Shown in pieces: positions 60,483 through 64,000 of a DNA stretch of 64,000 bases. Location of the stretch: NCBI RefSeq assembly GCF_009914755.1, contig NC_060928.1; one strand, given 5' to 3'. This DNA is from the human T2T-CHM13v2.0 reference genome, Homo sapiens. The notes under the pieces were generated by a model. It saw nothing but the letters and a program-made list of their open reading frames with translations. It was not told the DNA's origin and did no database searches. The translations under genes and the position numbers were made by a program. Within the stretch, counting starts at the first letter, position 1; the number at the start of each line of letters is the position of its first letter.

Positions 60483-61339
60483 CACATATAAGTGAGATCA
60501 CACAGTATTTTTCTTTCTGTGTCTGGCTTATTTCACTTAGCAAACTGTTCTTTAGGTTCATTCATATTGTCACAAATAGGAGGATTTCCTTTTTCTAAGG
60601 TTGAATAATATTCCGTTGTGTATATATATATGTCTACATTTTATCCAGTCATCCATTGATGGAAACAGATTGTTTCCATACCTTGGCTACTGTGAATAAT
60701 GCTGTGATGAACATGGAGGTGCAGATATTTAATATCTTTTCAAAATGGTGGTTTCATTTCCTTTGGGTATAGACCCAGAAGAGAGATTGCTGGGTTATAT
60801 GGTAGTTCTATTTTTGAATTCGTTCAGAACCTCCATATTGTTTTCTACAATGGCTGCACCAATCTACATTCCCACCAACAGTGCACAAGGACTTCCTTTT
60901 CTCCACACCCTCACCAACACTCGCTATCTCTTGTCTTTTTGATAGCTGTCATTCTAACAGTGAAATCTAAAAAATCAAACTAAACCAAATAAAAAAATTA
61001 AAAAAAAAAAACTTGAATACAAGGAAGCAGTAAGTAGAGTGGTGGTTGCCAGGGATGGAGTGGGGGGAAGCAAATGGGAAAATGGAGGTCAAATGGTACA
61101 AAGTTGTATTAATAATTATGTGAAATACATTATTCTAATAAATAATTCACTATAGTGAATAATATTATATGGTATAGTAAAAATGTGTTAAGAGTAGATT
61201 TTAGATAACTATGTGAGACCATCAACATGTTAATTTGTGTGACTGTGGTAATAATCTCACTATGGATATGCATATCAAACTTTGTTGTATAACTTAAACA
61301 TATAATAAAAATAAAGTGTATTACAAGTATTTTTTTAAA
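60483..61339 (+). mobile_element. Old L1MA 3' fragment with a 5' inversion (60483-60961 inverted, remainder forward)
   Basis: Strand switch near 60961; TSD-like AGAATCTAATAGGCTT and AGAATTTAATAAGCTT flank the element. Confidence 0.75.
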
Positions 61340-61467
61340 AAGAATTTAATAAGCTTGATTAGATTCAATGACTAATCCAGGGTTACATGGTTGGAATATG
61401 GTAGATCCAGTAATCAAACTCAGCTATGACTAAAGGTAAAGCTCTTGCTCAAAGTCTAAACCCCTGC

Positions 61468-61782
<315 letters not shown>

Positions 61783-62737
61783 CTATCAGATCCCTAACTA
61801 GAGGACAGATAGAATGATAAAGGTATAAGATTGCTGCCTTGCAGACATTTGGTTCCCTAAGGACTTAAATGATTGGATATGTGATTACATATACTTGAAA
61901 CATAAATACAACACTAATTGCTATGGCTTTTTTACTTGTCTTCAGCATGCCTCCTTCTGTGCTCCATAAAAAGACTAACTTTGGCTCCTATTTTTAATCT
62001 ATTTGAACAACTGTTAAACCTTTGTTTATAGATTATACCATCAGTAACATTTGGCCTTGCTCCATACTCATCATCTCCATAAAATTAATGAATATTACAA
62101 CACTGCATTACTTCACAAAACGAAGTCATTTTCATAAGTCAATGTCTTACTTTACTGCACTTCACAAATCATTAACATTTATCAAAAATATGAAAATATG
62201 TTTCATTATAATTATCTCTGCAGAGGTGTCTACAGCTGGTAATGGATTTCAATATGGCAGATATAGGGTATCTGTTATTTTTACATTAGAAAAGTAACCC
62301 TAAAAGCAGGCAGATATGATTACCAACAGCTTTGATCATATGTACCAACATATAGCTAGTAGACTTACTATTAGAAGGTGGGCAGTAGAGGAGAGAGGGG
62401 GCACAAAAGCAACACACTGAGAAAGCAAAAATGTAGCTACTACAGTTCTGCTCTGGACTTTATACCATTTAATATACTTATATACTGCTATTCGGATAAT
62501 AGACCCCTTCCCACTCTGATCACAAACGTGAGCACACTACCCAAACTAAGTCAAACAGATTCTCTCCTCCATAAATTCCAGTCATGGTTAACACAAACAC
62601 ACACATTCAGAAACCAAGATTAGTTAGAATTGAGTCATCTGATACACCTTCCTCAGACATAAGCAAAGCCTCCCTGGTTTCTGCCCTTCTCAAGATTTGG
62701 TTTTCAAATCTTCTTTTCAATCCTTTCCTACACATAC

Positions 62738-64000
62738 TGAGAGGTGACAATGTGCTAGCAGCCCTCGCTTGCTCTCAGCGCCTCCTTGGCCTCAGTGTCC
62801 ACTCTGGCCACGCTTGAGGAGCCCTTCAGTGTGGAGCCCTGCACTGTGGGAGCCCCTCTCTGGGCTGGCTGAGGCCGGAGCTGGCTCCCTCTGCTTGCCA
62901 GGAGGTGTGGAAGGAGAGGGAATGGTGGGAACCTGGGCTGCGCCCGGCGCTCACCAGCCAGCATGAGTTCCGGGTGGGCGCAGGCTCAGCAGGCCCCACC
63001 CTTGGAGTGACCAGCTGGTGCTGCCGGCCCCAAGCAGTGAGAGGCTTAGCACCCAAGCCAGCAGCTGCAGAGGATGTGCGGGGTCCCTCAGCATTACCTG
63101 CCCACGCGGGCCTCAGCCGCCTCCCCGTGTGGCAGGGCTCAGGACCTGCAGCCCTCCATGCTCAAGCACCCCCCATCCCGCCCGGAGGGCTCCTGTGCAG
63201 CCCGAGCCTCCCTGATGGGCGCCGCCCCCTGCTTGTGGCACCTGGTCGCACTGACCTCCCAAGGGCTGAGGAGTACGGGCACGTGGCGCGGACTGGTGGG
63301 CAGCTCTGCCCATGGCCCCTGCGCAGGATCCACTAGGCAAAGCCAGCTGGGCTCCTGAATTGAGTGGGGACTTAGAGAACTTTTATGTCTAGCTGGAGGA
63401 TTGTATATGCATCAATCAGCACTCTGTGTCTAGGTCAGGGTTTGTGGATGCACCAATCAGCACTCTGTATGTAGCTAATCTGGTGGGGACTTGGAGAACT
63501 TTTATGTCTAGCCAGAGGATTGTAAATGCTAAAGGATTGTAAACGCACCAATCAGCACTCTGTGTCTAGCTCAAGGTTTGTAAATGCACCAATCAGTGCT
63601 TGTGTCTAGCTAATCTAGTGGGGACTTGGAGAACTTTTGTGCCTAGCTAAAGGATTGTAAATGCACCAATCAGCACTCTGTGTCTAGCTCAAGGTTTGTA
63701 AATGCACCAATCAGCACTCTGTGTCTAGCTCAAGGTTTGTAAATGCACCAATCAGCTCTCTGTAAAATGGGCCAATCAGCAGGATGTTGGGGGCGGGGGT
63801 CCCATAAGAGAATAAAAGCAGGCTGCCCAAGCGAGCAGCAGCAACCCACTTGGGTCTCCTTCCAGGCTGTGGAAGCTTTGTTCTTTTGCTCTTCACAATA
63901 AATCTTGCTGCTGCTCACTCTTTGGGTCTGCGCCACTTTTAAGAGCTGTAACACTCACCATGAAGGTCTTCAGCTTCACTCCTGAAGCCAGCAAGACCAA
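62738..64000 (+). mobile_element. LTR12 (ERV9/HERV9) LTR, running off the window end
   Basis: TGAGAGGTGACA start, GC-rich U3, tandem ~41-bp CCAATCAGCACTCTGTGTCTAG repeats, AATAAAAG TATA-like box at about 63811. Confidence 0.93.

Overview
Primate (almost certainly human) genomic DNA, dominated by transposable elements. The only protein-coding gene supported is the single coding exon and 3' end of the retrogene COX7B2 (minus strand, CDS 16110-16355). If the known COX7B2 structure holds, everything above 16404 is its large upstream intron, which would place the window at human 4p12. A young processed copy of RAC1 (probably RAC1P2) with an intact 192-codon ORF, poly(A) tail and 14-bp TSD sits inside a near full-length L1PA. 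The rest is L1s (two with twin-priming inversions), about 15 Alus, ERV1/ERVL/MaLR/LTR12 LTRs, Tigger/MER DNA transposons and simple repeats. No prokaryotic-type systems (CRISPR etc.) are present. The most unusual signal is a cluster of short (54-255 bp) local copy-paste events, each with a candidate donor 0.7-4.4 kb away in this window: 7871, 30272, 41144, 43131/43984, 43808 and 45943. Several have microhomology junctions, snap-back minisatellites or collapsed host repeats, as expected from polymerase-theta or template-switch repair. In addition, two separate L1s share a non-consensus patch right at the RAC1 insertion site. Repeat subfamily names and consensus comparisons are from memory, and mismatch counts are by eye.
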